Part shown: piece after piece, positions 47,517-58,564 of the stretch
Layout of the letters: each line of letters starts with the position of its first letter
Numbering within the stretch: the stretch's first letter is position 1
From: Pontiella sp.
Lineage (GTDB): Bacteria; Verrucomicrobiota; Kiritimatiellia; Kiritimatiellales; Pontiellaceae
Assembly: GCA_050290185.1 (NCBI GenBank)
Contig: JBNKHE010000002.1
Coordinates: 1 to 64,000 of the forward strand
DNA length: 64,000 nt
Direction of reading: 5' to 3'
Notes under the pieces: generated by a model
Seen by the model: the letters and a program-made list of their open reading frames with translations, nothing else
Told to the model about the DNA's origin: nothing
Database searches by the model: none
Made by a program: the position numbers and the translations under genes

Positions 47517-48395
47517 CTATTGAACAGCGTTCCGGACGTTTTCCAGATCACTTGCCAACTGGCGGATCTCCGCCTGTAACGCCTCCAGCCTCTGGTGCAA
47601 GGAATAGTTCCTTTCCCGGATCTCCTCCATTTCCGCCTCAAGCTTAGCCATATTCTGCGATAAAGATTGATTCTCTGTTTCGATATTTTTTACCGCCTCC
47701 TTGAGTTCCTCCACTTGATCACTGTCCGTCGCAATAGATGGGTTCTTCCTTTCAGCATTTTCCAAGGCCGTCTTGAGTTCCTCCATTTGCTGGCTGTCCC
47801 CTGTAATGGGTTCGAGTTTTTCAAGAACACCTTGTACTATGCGGAATTGCTCTTCGGTTAAAGATGCCATTAGCATCGATGTTTCTTCATTGAAGGAAAA
47901 GTTCGGACGCGGAACTCCCATGATATTGTATGCTTCTCCAATCACACCAAAAATCTCTTTAGAGGCATGCACTTCCAGCAGGGGTGCCATAGGATACACA
48001 AACAAGGTGGTCGGTGGCGGGAACGTCATCTGACTGAGGGAAGGATCATGATACTGTACAAACATGGTATTAGAATTTCCAACGGAACCGCTAAAATTCT
48101 CGGCAATTGTGTCAAGAATATCCCAGAGTTCACGACAATTGGTTTGTTTCAGGTTTATCGGCGGAACAAGGGCAGAGCTTGCAAATTCATCATCGATCAC
48201 GATTATGTTTAGATTCGGCAGGGCTTCCTTCACATGAATCAGAATTTGTTCAACGGACCCACCTCCAAAATCGAGGTCGAAGCGCTTGTCTAGAGGCCCC
48301 ATCTCCTCTGCCGCAACGGGCAGACACACCGCAGCCATCAACAGCACAACCGCGAAAACGGATTTACACTGAGAATTCATCATTGATTTTTTCAT
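47517..48395 (-). CDS. Secreted protein with a secretin-N-like region and a C-terminal coiled coil
   Basis: AAGGAG RBS, signal peptide, FDLDFGGG...LNIIV...VPPINL and a long heptad C-terminus. Domain call is tentative. Confidence 0.65.
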   Translation of the reverse strand: MKKSMMNSQCKSVFAVVLLMAAVCLPVAAEEMGPLDKRFDLDFGGGSVEQILIHVKEALPNLNIIVIDDEFASSALVPPINLKQTNCRELWDILDTIAENFSGSVGNSNTMFVQYHDPSLSQMTFPPPTTLFVYPMAPLLEVHASKEIFGVIGEAYNIMGVPRPNFSFNEETSMLMASLTEEQFRIVQGVLEKLEPITGDSQQMEELKTALENAERKNPSIATDSDQVEELKEAVKNIETENQSLSQNMAKLEAEMEEIRERNYSLHQRLEALQAEIRQLASDLENVRNAVQ

Positions 48396-48485
48396 CTCGA
48401 TCTCCTTTTGCGTTAAACATGATCTATACGGAACACGTCGCTCCTTGCCATATCCCTCGAAAAATATCTACTGCTCAATATCCTC

Positions 48486-48730
48486 TCAACGCCTCCAAAT
48501 ACATTTGCCATTCTTTCGGACTTCACGGATGCGGTGAAAGGGAATGGTCAAGACCTCGCCATCGACGCAGATAGTGGAAGAAAATGGTTGCCCTTTTCGA
48601 GGTACAGTTCTTCGAGGAGATGGAATTCAACAGTATCGTCGACGCGATCGCAGATGCCGACGTCGAACGAGCCCTTTCCAAACTCATCATCCCAGTGGAT
48701 GCGGTTCAACAGCTCCCGGATCGTTTCCAT
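48486..48730 (-). pseudogene. Frameshifted second copy of the DUF504 gene
   Basis: METIRELLNRIHWDDEFGK... One base is missing near 48580 relative to copy A; the other frame continues VDGEVLTIPFHRIREVRKNGKCIWRR*. Confidence 0.85.
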
Positions 48731-48866
48731 GAAACAGATTTAAACACCAAGTCACTAAGAACACAAAGACAGAGCGCTTCCTAAACGCAGTGTCATCATC
48801 TCGCGCAAACACTCAAAAGCGGATCAAAATGACAGCCCACGGGATTCAGCGTCCGCGCCCAAATGA

Positions 48867-49412
48867 TCAAGCGGTTCCATAGGCATCAACCGCTGCTTGC
48901 ATGGCCATGAACATGACCTCAATGGCTTTTTTGGTAATATCATCCGTGAGGTTAAGCCCGTCATCGAATTTGCACTGCGCATCGGGCACATTGATGGAGC
49001 CCTCGACGACCACTCTTGCATTCATTGCAAAGAGGATGAGAACCAAGGGGCTGTGCGAGCGGACACCGCCAAGACCGCTGGTCGATACACTGGTCGCCAC
49101 CACGGGCTTGAAAACCAGCGCATCCGACGACACAAACCAATCAAGCATGTTCTTCAACGCACCCGGAATTCCATGGGCGTACTCCGGAGTACTGATGATT
49201 ACGCCGTCGGCGTCACGGATCATGGAACCCAATTGCTGCACCGATTCAGGGAGATCGTCATCGGCGACATCGGGATGGAAAATAGGGATGTCCTGTATTC
49301 GATCATAGACCGTCATGGTCGACCCTTCCGGACATTGCTGCTGCATTGCCCGAACGAGTGCTCGATTATAGGATTCTTCCCGAACGCTCCCCGCTATAGC
49401 CAATAACTTCAT
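48867..49412 (-). CDS. NAD(P)H-dependent FMN reductase (ChrR/SsuE family)
   Basis: AIAGSVR..SYN, ADGVIISTPEYAHGIPGALKN.LDW and GG.R. Confidence 0.9.
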   Translation of the reverse strand: MKLLAIAGSVREESYNRALVRAMQQQCPEGSTMTVYDRIQDIPIFHPDVADDDLPESVQQLGSMIRDADGVIISTPEYAHGIPGALKNMLDWFVSSDALVFKPVVATSVSTSGLGGVRSHSPLVLILFAMNARVVVEGSINVPDAQCKFDDGLNLTDDITKKAIEVMFMAMQAAVDAYGTA

Positions 49413-49551
49413 GCTGCCGATCCCTCCATCCACAAAACTCGAAATCCCGGTCATTGCCTCACCGAAATCAAGTGGCGGACCTTGCGAAATGAACCACAAT
49501 CGGACAAGCGAAAAACATTGAGCGAACGTTTCCGCTCAAATGCAGAACGCA

Positions 49552-51768
49552 TCACTCCACCATGATTTGCACCTGGGCGGCGTGACCGTTGGCGTCGGCG
49601 CAGGCGATGGTGTGCGCGCCTTTTTCGAGCGGCCAGAAAATCGGTTGCCCGGCATCGTCGGCATGCAGCAGCTCATTGTCGACGAACCAGTAGAGTGTGT
49701 TGTTGCTCAAGCCGGAGGCGACGAGCTTGATCTCCTGCCGGATGCCGGGCGAGGCCGGTAGCATGCGAAAGGTTTCTCCGTCAACGGGAGACACAATATC
49801 CAAGCCGTGTTCCGTGGCCCCGCTCTCCGTATCGCACATGCCGCGCTGATCGAGAAAGGACTGCACCTCGGCCGGCCAAATCTCCTGCCCGCTGCGATGA
49901 ATTCCACAATGTTGCACCGGGGAAATCCGCGGAATGTAGAGATCGGCAATGGTGTGCGGGCAATCCGGGCCGGGTGCCAATCCGCTGCATGTGCAGACCT
50001 GCCGGAGTTCAAGTCCGGCTGGCTTTGCATACCAAGGTGAATGCCCGTCCGGATAGAGCCGCCGGAAGATATCGCCAACCACCGGGCCGGCGGCGGTTCC
50101 TCCCACCAAGGCTTCCGATGGAGTGCCGTCGGGATTGCCCAGCCATACGCCAACCACATAGTCGGGATTATAGCCGACGGCCCACGCATCGCGATGGCCG
50201 GAGGACGTGCCGGTCTTCCAGGCGATACGCGGCAGAACAACGTCGGCCATATGACCAACCAGTTCATCCGAACGCTCGTCGCCGCCCAAGATGTCGGCAA
50301 TCATGTAGGCGCCCTCGGCAGAAAAGATTTGTTGCTCCTCTCCCGCTGGTTCGTTTGCCAGAAACCTCAGTGGCTGCCATCTACCACCTCGCGCCAGACA
50401 GGCGTAGGCATTGGAAAGGTCGAGCAACGTCGCTTCGCAACTACCAACCACGACGCCAAGTCCATAATATTCCGCCGGATGATCGATGGTGGTAAATCCG
50501 AGTTGCCGCAACTCGGCAACAAAAGCATCGAGCCCCACCTGCTCCACGCACTTCAACGCCGGGATATTGAGCGACTGCACCAACGCGCGACGAACACTGA
50601 CCGGACCACAATATTCGAGACTGTAGTTTTGCGGCGTGTAGCCTGCAAAGTGCATCGGAACATCGGCCATCATCGTGGCCGACGTGCATAGTCCCTGATC
50701 CATCGCGGCGGCATAGGCAAACGGCTTCAGCGTCGAGCCCGGCGAACGGCGGGCAACAACACCGTTCACCTGACCCGACGCCGAAACATTCCAAAACTCC
50801 GGCGACCCCACCATGGCGAGCAGTTCGCCCGAATGCACATCGATCACCACCACCGCACCTCCATGTACGCCAAGTCCGGACAGCTCGTCGATGTGGCGCT
50901 GCAATGCGCTTTCCGCCAAATGATGAATATCGAGATCAAGGGTGGTATCCAGGTTGGCCCGACCGGGATAGCGCTGAAGGATAAAGTCGCAAAAGTGCGG
51001 CGCGAGAAACGGTAGCGCCTTCCGACGGATCTCAAGCGGTTGGTTGTGCGCTGCCTTGAGCTGCCCGCGCGTGATCATGCCGTTTTCCAGCATACGCGAA
51101 AGCACCACGTCGCGCTGCCGCAGCGCCATCGCAAGATGACGGTCCGGCCGCAAATAGGACGGCGACTGCGGCAAGCCGGCCAGCATGGCGGATTCGGCTA
51201 GACTCAGATTGCAGGCCGGCTTGCCGAAATAGCGCTGGCTCGCGGCTTCAATACCGTAGACGTTGCCCCCGAAGGGCGCCCGGTTGAGGTATTGCTCCAG
51301 GATCTCGTCCTTCGAAAGGTGCGACTCCAACTGGCGGGCGTTATGGGCTTCGACCAGCTTCGTCCAGAGATTGCGTTTGCGCGGCTCGGTCAGTTTGACC
51401 ACCAGCGTCGTGAGGGTCGATGCCCCCGACACCACCTTGCGGCAAACCAGATCATAGACGGCAGCCCGGCAAACCGCAACGGGATCGACGCCGCCGTGCT
51501 GATAGAAACGTTTATCCTCGAACGCCACCACCGCCCGGCCCGTCCACTCGCCAGTCTGCGCAAGCGGAACAGGATCGCACAGGATTTGACTTTCATCGGG
51601 CACCATCCGCAATGGCCTCCCGTGGCGGTCACGGATTTTCACCACCGCATCGAAATCCTCCAAGTCGCCGCGATAGTCGGGGATCGACCACCACACCACT
51701 CCGAACACAATCAAGCCAAAAACCACCATGCGAATGAATGCATTCCTGCTGATCATGCGAATTCTCAT
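49552..51768 (-). CDS. pbpC: Penicillin-binding protein 1C
   Basis: EDKRFY.H.GVD, GASTLT, SPGSTLKP, SLN, KTGTS and a C-terminal BiPBP_C domain; adjacent to A2M. Confidence 0.93.
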   Translation of the reverse strand: MRIRMISRNAFIRMVVFGLIVFGVVWWSIPDYRGDLEDFDAVVKIRDRHGRPLRMVPDESQILCDPVPLAQTGEWTGRAVVAFEDKRFYQHGGVDPVAVCRAAVYDLVCRKVVSGASTLTTLVVKLTEPRKRNLWTKLVEAHNARQLESHLSKDEILEQYLNRAPFGGNVYGIEAASQRYFGKPACNLSLAESAMLAGLPQSPSYLRPDRHLAMALRQRDVVLSRMLENGMITRGQLKAAHNQPLEIRRKALPFLAPHFCDFILQRYPGRANLDTTLDLDIHHLAESALQRHIDELSGLGVHGGAVVVIDVHSGELLAMVGSPEFWNVSASGQVNGVVARRSPGSTLKPFAYAAAMDQGLCTSATMMADVPMHFAGYTPQNYSLEYCGPVSVRRALVQSLNIPALKCVEQVGLDAFVAELRQLGFTTIDHPAEYYGLGVVVGSCEATLLDLSNAYACLARGGRWQPLRFLANEPAGEEQQIFSAEGAYMIADILGGDERSDELVGHMADVVLPRIAWKTGTSSGHRDAWAVGYNPDYVVGVWLGNPDGTPSEALVGGTAAGPVVGDIFRRLYPDGHSPWYAKPAGLELRQVCTCSGLAPGPDCPHTIADLYIPRISPVQHCGIHRSGQEIWPAEVQSFLDQRGMCDTESGATEHGLDIVSPVDGETFRMLPASPGIRQEIKLVASGLSNNTLYWFVDNELLHADDAGQPIFWPLEKGAHTIACADANGHAAQVQIMVE

Positions 51769-54700
51769 TCCATGCCAATCCGGATAGTGCCTTTACCACT
51801 GACGCTTTCGATTTCAGGATTGTACATGCACGAGGCCGAAACCGCGGGCCAGACAAACTCGCCGACTGTCACCGCACGTAAGGCATAGCAATAGCTCTTG
51901 CCGCCATCGAATGCCCCCGGAAAGACAAGCACACGGTCATCGCGAATATCGAGATGCTGCACCGGCAAGGTCTGCATATCGCCGGCCCGTCTTACCGACT
52001 CCGATGTTTTCAACGCACTGTTTTCAACTTCCAGTCCTGCGGGCAGTAAATCTTCGATCACCATGTTTTCAAGCCACCGATCCGCCGATAGATTCAGTTT
52101 AACGATATACAGCTCGCCCTGCGTCAATCTCATCGGATCGACATCCTTACCGTTTAGGTCCAGCAAGGATCGTCGAATCCGAACACCCCGGTCATGCTCA
52201 TCGGTTTCGCCATCGGCAGAAACGCCTTCCGACTTCCAACAAAGAAACAAATCACCCTCGCCATGGTTTTCAACTTGCACGTTTTCGCCCCGCAGTGATT
52301 CAAGCGCTACCCGCAATTCTTCACGGTCTTCAAACCCAACACGGTGCGCACCGCCGCCCCAGCTGACCCGGCCCGAAACCGGCTTTTGTTTTGCGGCCAG
52401 TTGCTTCGTATATTTGCCCAGAGCCATCAGCGCCATGGCATTGTCCTGCGTATGGCTCCAACGCCCATTGGATTGGGCGTCCTCCAACCAGCGAACCAGC
52501 ACGGGAATCTTCCCGTTCTCAGGATCGACATCCAACAGCGCGGAAAGCAAAAAAGCATTGCCACGCACGGCGGACCGAAGGCTGCCGCCGCTTTCGACAG
52601 GAACCGATACGGACGACGAACCGCCCAGACGGTCCAGCAGCTCCACCGCCTGCCGCCGTTGCCCGGCCGCCAGCGCGGCGGATACCAGATTGATGCGCGT
52701 ATCGTAGCGGAGCCCATTCCATTTTTCGCACAACCGCGCCATGGTGCCGTGCTGCGGCCGGCCACCCAGCGCGAGCACAAGACATCCATAGGATGCGTTG
52801 TAGTCCCAGCCGTTGTGGTCGAACGACGCGTTGCGCACCTTGTTCTCCACATAATCCAGCGCCTCTTCGAGCCGGTCCTTCGGCACGGTGTATCCCGCGC
52901 GGGAAGCCTCCACTAGAAAATGCGTGGCGTAGATCGAACCCCATTCATAGGTGCCGCCATTCGGCCAGAGCGAAAACCCGCCATGGCTGTTTTGCATCGA
53001 CAGGATGCGGTAGATGCCCGCGTTGACAAATTCGGTCGTCCCATCCTTACCCAACCAACCGGGCCGCGTTTGTTCGACCAGCTCCGACAGGTACAGCAGC
53101 GGAAACGATTTCGAGGTGGTCTGCTCCAGACATCCGCAGGGATAGTCGATGAGGTAATCGAGGCTTCCGCCCAGCTTGACGGCCGGCAATGCGGAGATCC
53201 ACAGCGAAGCCTCTCCGGTTCCTTCCAGCCATTTTCCGGGAATGGAAACGTCCGTCTCCGTCCCGGCCTCGACCTTGCCATATCCGCAGAAAACCGTGCG
53301 CGGTGCCGCCGGACGAACCGCGATTTCAACATCCTCCACATAGTGTTCCGGGCCCATTTCCGCCGTCAGTTTGCAAACAGCCTTCCCGGGCATCGCGGCG
53401 GTCTTCAGATGGAATTCGAGATTGGTGGCGCTGCCCCCCGCGAGGAAGATGCGGGAAGCGGCGGCATCGCATTCGAGCGGCCCCTCGCAAGCCACCGACA
53501 CCGCCACATCGTCGTCTTGCTTTGATTCGTTGTAGACGCGCACCGGCATGGTGAATACATCCTCCGGCGCGAGAAAGCGCGGCAGGCTGCTCTGCACCAC
53601 CAGCGGGCGCTTGACCAACACCGACTGTTCGGCGGAACCAAAGCGGAAGCGATCAATTACCACCGCCATGACCCGCAGCTGGCCGGTAAATTCCGGCACG
53701 TCGAACACGACGCGAGCCTGCCCGTTGGTGTCCGTCTCGACGGAGCTCGACCACAGCGCAACCGGCTTGAAGCGCCGCGCCTTGATCGGATTGAGCCGCT
53801 TGCCGATGGCCGCCAGCATGCCGCCACCCGGCGCCGACGCAGCGCCGGCAACATGGTCCATCGCTTCCGGCATTAACCGGGCGTAGAGGTCGTGCAGTTC
53901 CATCCCCGGCAGGCGCGGACCGAAAAAATAGTCGTAGGGGTCGGGCGTCTTGAATCCGGTCAGCATGCAGATGCCCTCATCGACCGCCGCCAGCACGATT
54001 TCGGATTTGCATCCGGCGCCTTCGGCATCATGGACCAGCAGCGGTATTTCGAGCTTCATGCCGGGCCGCATTTCGGCGGGAAGCTCCATCGCAACCGACA
54101 GCCTTTTTTCCGGCTGTTCCACAATCAATGGAATCCGTCCGGCGGCGCGATGCTGCCCCCACACCTCTTCCGGCAACGCCGGCCGGACCACGCTGACAGA
54201 GCAGTAGACATTCGGGCGGTAGGCCGCCTCGACGGGAAGTTTCACCTCGGCGGTATTGTTGGTCAACTCCATCACCCGGTGCAGCAGGATGGTATCGGAC
54301 TCGACGGTCAGCAGCGCCTTGCCGGGAAACGGCGAGTGAATCGACAACCGGGCGGTGTCGCCCACACGATAGGTTTCGTGGTCCAGTTCCAGCCCAACCC
54401 GATCCGGTGCCGCCATGGACCGTTCACCCCATCGCTGGCCGGGGGCATGGATCTGGAATTCCAGCGAGGATGCCGCCGTGCTTTTCTCGTCTTCAACCAC
54501 CAGCCGGTAATCCCCCGCATGCAGCGCCGCAAATTCAACGGAGGCCCGCCCGTTCACAACGACAACATCCCGGGACTCGATTTCGGAGGCCTGCTGTTCG
54601 GAACGATAGGCATAGTGGTCACCCTCCTTCCGCAACACGGTCACCCAGTTGAGTTTCTCGACCTTCGTCTTCAGTGCTCCGGAGCCAGCGACCAGCGAAC

Positions 54701-57152
54701 CATCCGGCGCAACGACCACCAGATCAAAGGAGTGGGTATTCCCGACCTCCAACGACTCGTCCGGACGGCGAATACCGACATAGCTGGGATAGACATCCAC
54801 GATGCGGCTTCCGTATTCGGTCACCGTCCGCCCCCCGGATTCCTGCACCGATCCTGAAACGACCGCCTTGATGGCCGCCGGCGGACGCCACTTCGTCGAG
54901 ATTTCCGCGGAGAACTCCATCTCACCATCGGCATCGAGCCTCTTCTTCCCCAGCGCCTTCTGCACGGTCTCGAATTCGCGGCGGGCATCGCCAAACGCGT
55001 AGTCTGCCCAGGCGGCCGGCGCAAAACCGCATGGCATGAAATCGATCCGCGCACGGACCGGCATCCCTGCAGCTGGACGCCCGAAGAGATGCTGCCCGGC
55101 CACCTTGAATTTAAAATCCGCGCCCGCCGCAATGCGGTCCCTGGAGATTTGGAGCGTGGTTCGAATTTGCGGCGGCACGAATTCTTCGACCGATACCGTC
55201 AACCCACCGATGCACACGTCCCCTCCCGGCATTTTGGTCTGCAGGTGGTATTTCCCGGTGGCGACATAGTCGGCCAGCGGAATAGTAAACTCGACGGCAC
55301 CATATTCCCCCAGCATGCCGTTGAGCGTTCGGTCGGTCTTGCCGTCAGGACGAATGACCGCCAGCTCCAGTGGGAACGCTTCGGGACAAACCGCATCGCG
55401 CTCGCGCACAACGGCCTTGCAATGCACCGTTTCGCCGGGACGGTAGATGCCGCGATCGGTGAACAGGAAGGCTTCGTAGCCCTTGTCGAGATAGGAGCGA
55501 TCGCCCGCCATGCCCCGCAGATTGACCTGCGAGCCATCGAGCTGCATATAGGTCAGATCGTCGCCATGTTCAACGACCACCAGAAAGGGTTTCCCTTCGG
55601 AAAGCATCGCTTCAGGGTCGAGCCGAAGCAGTCCGTCCGCTCCGGTTTCGCCGCTCAGCAAGAGCTGGTTTTCCTCCGACAGAATCCGAACCGAAGCGCC
55701 TGCGACAGGGTCGAGCGTGCGGATCGAATTGACCCATACCAGCATATCCTTTCCCGACTGCCGCAACGACAGGCCCAGATCGCTGACCACCACATCGTGC
55801 GATGTTTGTCCACCCCGCTCGCCCTTGATCTCAATGTGGAATGCGCCGGTTTTTCCATCGAGCCGATCCCGCAGCTCAAGGTTGCGTTCCACGATTTCGT
55901 TGGCGGCGGCATCGACCGGAAGCTCGAATTCACACACGGGTTGATCGAGTCCCTGGTAAGTCGATCCATAATAATAGCCGCTTCGCCCCGACTGGCGCAT
56001 CACCAGCTGAACCAGATTATTGGAATAGATCCGGTTGATTTTTACCGAACACTTTCCGGCATTCACCGCCTTGAACGGAATCGACAGATTGCCTTGCGGC
56101 GAGAGATAGGTCCCTCTTGCGGAAAATTCCACGGCCGAACGATGCCAGGGAAAATAAACCGTGCGCGCATCGTCCTTTTCCAACAGTGCGGCCTGCTCGC
56201 TCACCAGTCCCTTGCGGAAGGAAACGGTATATTGCTCGCCCGCCTTGAAATCACCCAGAATGCGCAGGTACTGCCGCCCGCTCCAGGAATCGCGGGCTTC
56301 CACGCTAAAATCCATTTCAGGTTTTATGCCGAGAAACGCTTTCGCCACCGCGGGATCGACTGGCGCGTTGAACGCGACCTCCACTTGCCCGGGCTCGAAA
56401 GGCTTCGACTTGGCCGCGATGCGCAAGACGCGTAGATCCCGGGAAACATCGACTTGGCGAACGGCATCCTGCCCCAACCCCAACGGTCCCGCGGTGGAGG
56501 TCAGGCCCTTGCGCACCGTTACCTCCAGTTCGCCTTCCACAATCGCATCCATCGAAACCCGGATGGTTTTGCGGGGCGCGGCGTTACCGCTTGACAGAAC
56601 CTTCACTTCCTTTCCCGCCGCATCCCGGACCGTCAGGTATTTCCTGAGTATCGACGGCGACACCGCTTGGCTGAATTCAAAATCCAGCTGAACCGAAGCT
56701 ACATCCCCAACATTGCTTTGACGAACATCCAACAAGGCAAGCGGCGAAGATTGAAAAGCCGTTGTACGGTTCCCATCCAACGGTTTTCCTTCCAGGGAAC
56801 GAAGGTCATCTTCAAACACCGCCGCAAACGGAACACAGGCTGCCCAGCCGTCGGACGGACGAAAGGAGAGTTCGCTGGCTGCGGTCCAGCAGAATTCACC
56901 CTTCACACCGGGAGAAAACAGGACCGGGCCGCTATCCATCCATTGGCCAATGCGATCGATCGCCACCATGTCCGATGAGAAGCGCCAGCGGACCACATCG
57001 CGCGAACCTGATTCCACCATTCCGTCTTCCGGTGCAACGAGCGAGGCTCGAACGGGGCCCGTATTCCGCTGGCCGCCAAGCCAGCGGAATACGGCGTAGC
57101 CGTTCAGGAGGAGAAAACAGAGACCGAGAACAAACCAGCGATGACCCTTCAC
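51765..57152 (-). CDS. Bacterial alpha-2-macroglobulin (YfhM-like) with an intact thioester motif
   Basis: FTDRGIYRPGE, VEEFVPP, AAVDEGI, GCLEQTTS, EDLLPAGLEVEN and MYNPE; GTG start. Confidence 0.94.
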   Translation of the reverse strand: MKGHRWFVLGLCFLLLNGYAVFRWLGGQRNTGPVRASLVAPEDGMVESGSRDVVRWRFSSDMVAIDRIGQWMDSGPVLFSPGVKGEFCWTAASELSFRPSDGWAACVPFAAVFEDDLRSLEGKPLDGNRTTAFQSSPLALLDVRQSNVGDVASVQLDFEFSQAVSPSILRKYLTVRDAAGKEVKVLSSGNAAPRKTIRVSMDAIVEGELEVTVRKGLTSTAGPLGLGQDAVRQVDVSRDLRVLRIAAKSKPFEPGQVEVAFNAPVDPAVAKAFLGIKPEMDFSVEARDSWSGRQYLRILGDFKAGEQYTVSFRKGLVSEQAALLEKDDARTVYFPWHRSAVEFSARGTYLSPQGNLSIPFKAVNAGKCSVKINRIYSNNLVQLVMRQSGRSGYYYGSTYQGLDQPVCEFELPVDAAANEIVERNLELRDRLDGKTGAFHIEIKGERGGQTSHDVVVSDLGLSLRQSGKDMLVWVNSIRTLDPVAGASVRILSEENQLLLSGETGADGLLRLDPEAMLSEGKPFLVVVEHGDDLTYMQLDGSQVNLRGMAGDRSYLDKGYEAFLFTDRGIYRPGETVHCKAVVRERDAVCPEAFPLELAVIRPDGKTDRTLNGMLGEYGAVEFTIPLADYVATGKYHLQTKMPGGDVCIGGLTVSVEEFVPPQIRTTLQISRDRIAAGADFKFKVAGQHLFGRPAAGMPVRARIDFMPCGFAPAAWADYAFGDARREFETVQKALGKKRLDADGEMEFSAEISTKWRPPAAIKAVVSGSVQESGGRTVTEYGSRIVDVYPSYVGIRRPDESLEVGNTHSFDLVVVAPDGSLVAGSGALKTKVEKLNWVTVLRKEGDHYAYRSEQQASEIESRDVVVVNGRASVEFAALHAGDYRLVVEDEKSTAASSLEFQIHAPGQRWGERSMAAPDRVGLELDHETYRVGDTARLSIHSPFPGKALLTVESDTILLHRVMELTNNTAEVKLPVEAAYRPNVYCSVSVVRPALPEEVWGQHRAAGRIPLIVEQPEKRLSVAMELPAEMRPGMKLEIPLLVHDAEGAGCKSEIVLAAVDEGICMLTGFKTPDPYDYFFGPRLPGMELHDLYARLMPEAMDHVAGAASAPGGGMLAAIGKRLNPIKARRFKPVALWSSSVETDTNGQARVVFDVPEFTGQLRVMAVVIDRFRFGSAEQSVLVKRPLVVQSSLPRFLAPEDVFTMPVRVYNESKQDDDVAVSVACEGPLECDAAASRIFLAGGSATNLEFHLKTAAMPGKAVCKLTAEMGPEHYVEDVEIAVRPAAPRTVFCGYGKVEAGTETDVSIPGKWLEGTGEASLWISALPAVKLGGSLDYLIDYPCGCLEQTTSKSFPLLYLSELVEQTRPGWLGKDGTTEFVNAGIYRILSMQNSHGGFSLWPNGGTYEWGSIYATHFLVEASRAGYTVPKDRLEEALDYVENKVRNASFDHNGWDYNASYGCLVLALGGRPQHGTMARLCEKWNGLRYDTRINLVSAALAAGQRRQAVELLDRLGGSSSVSVPVESGGSLRSAVRGNAFLLSALLDVDPENGKIPVLVRWLEDAQSNGRWSHTQDNAMALMALGKYTKQLAAKQKPVSGRVSWGGGAHRVGFEDREELRVALESLRGENVQVENHGEGDLFLCWKSEGVSADGETDEHDRGVRIRRSLLDLNGKDVDPMRLTQGELYIVKLNLSADRWLENMVIEDLLPAGLEVENSALKTSESVRRAGDMQTLPVQHLDIRDDRVLVFPGAFDGGKSYCYALRAVTVGEFVWPAVSASCMYNPEIESVSGKGTIRIGME

Positions 57153-58483
57153 TGCGCCGTCCCTTCCGCACGGGAGCCCAGCGCATACCAGTCCAGTTTA
57201 CGGGTGATCATCATGACCAGCGCCATCAAGCCGAACAGCAGGACGGAACCGGCGACCAGCGCATGATCCTCCGACTGCAACAGGACATAGAGGATCCCGT
57301 AGAGCAACGCCAGCAATCCGCCAAACGCCAGCCCACGCCCGATACTGTGCAGAATTCCGCACACGTAAAAGACGATCAGCCCGATGGTGGCCATACTCGC
57401 CACGCCATAGGAAAGGCCGAATCCGACATGCTCGGAAAGGCTGAGCAACAACAGGAAAAAAATCGCCTGCGCCAGCCCGACCAATCCGTACTGTACCGGA
57501 TGGATCTTCAATGCAGCCAGCACCTCGAAAAGCCAGAACGCGGCAAAGGTGATAAAGATGAAAAGAAATCCATATTTCAGCGCGCGGTCGGTCAGCGAAT
57601 ACAGACCAACCGGATCGATCAGGCTTACGCCGAACGACTGGACATAGCCTTTACCGGCTTTGATATTCTGCCGGGCGGAACTGGCCAGTGCATTGACATT
57701 CCAGACCGCCGAAAATCCTTCACCTGAGATCGTTCGATCATCGGGGAGAAATTCGCCTAGAAAGCTGGGGTGCGGCCAATCCGATTTCAGCGTGAAATGG
57801 TTTTCTGTACCGACAGGAATAAACTGGAGTTGCCGGGTACCGTTGATCCTTAGATCCGTACTGAACTGGAACGACTTGCCAAACACCCCGGCCGCATCCG
57901 GGAGCGCCACATGTATCCCTTCCTCCAGAGAAGTGAGTTTGCTGCCCTCTTCAAATTCAAGGGGTTGGCCGTTCCATTGCAGGATCGGAATGGAGGGGAG
58001 TCCCCGCGGATCATCGACGATGAAACAGGCATCCACCGAAACCAGTTCTGTGCGCGTGCTTTTGCGATGGCCCATCGATTCAAAGGATGGAAATGAGACG
58101 CTGCCGGAAAGTTTTCCTGCACTCTGGAATATGTTCGCTTTGAAGATGCCTCGCTTGCGCTCCTGCACCGACATCGTTCCTTCATACGTGCACATGGATG
58201 GGAAAACCAGTTGCGAATGAACGGCATCCATCTCCTTGTCGTACCAGACATCCTTTTCCTCGTTGTACAAGTGTTCGGTCCAAAACTCGCGAAAGATGAC
58301 CTTGAACACCGGTCCGCCGACTTGCTGCACCCCGGCATAACTCCCCGCAATGTTTTGCTCCACTTCATTCAGCCGGTCCTTGCGCTCCTGCGTCAGTCCA
58401 CCAATCGATCCCAACACTGCCAGCAGCACCAGCGAGATGCCGCTGAGCACCAGCAGCTTCAATAACATCTGTCGTCCCATCAT
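57149..58483 (-). CDS. creD: Inner membrane protein CreD
   Basis: SDWPHPSF.G.FLP, DRALKYGFLFI, IHPVQY.LVG.A..IF.LLLLSLSEH.GF and TRKLDWY. Confidence 0.93.
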   Translation of the reverse strand: MMGRQMLLKLLVLSGISLVLLAVLGSIGGLTQERKDRLNEVEQNIAGSYAGVQQVGGPVFKVIFREFWTEHLYNEEKDVWYDKEMDAVHSQLVFPSMCTYEGTMSVQERKRGIFKANIFQSAGKLSGSVSFPSFESMGHRKSTRTELVSVDACFIVDDPRGLPSIPILQWNGQPLEFEEGSKLTSLEEGIHVALPDAAGVFGKSFQFSTDLRINGTRQLQFIPVGTENHFTLKSDWPHPSFLGEFLPDDRTISGEGFSAVWNVNALASSARQNIKAGKGYVQSFGVSLIDPVGLYSLTDRALKYGFLFIFITFAAFWLFEVLAALKIHPVQYGLVGLAQAIFFLLLLSLSEHVGFGLSYGVASMATIGLIVFYVCGILHSIGRGLAFGGLLALLYGILYVLLQSEDHALVAGSVLLFGLMALVMMITRKLDWYALGSRAEGTAQ

Positions 58484-58523
58484 ACCCAACCTCCTTGTTA
58501 TGCAGACAGGATGGCCGGGCTCT

Positions 58524-58561
58524 TTGAAAAGAGTTTGAACGCAATGTGAAATGGAGGTGAA
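58524..58561 (-). promoter_or_regulatory. cre-tag-like CreB binding array TTCAC-N6-TTCAC-N6-TTCAA-N6-TTCAA
   Basis: Four pentamers at exact 11-bp spacing (58557, 58546, 58535, 58524) in the creC-creD gap; matches the TTCAC-N6-TTCAC cre/blr tag. Confidence 0.85.
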
Positions 58562-58564
58562 AAA

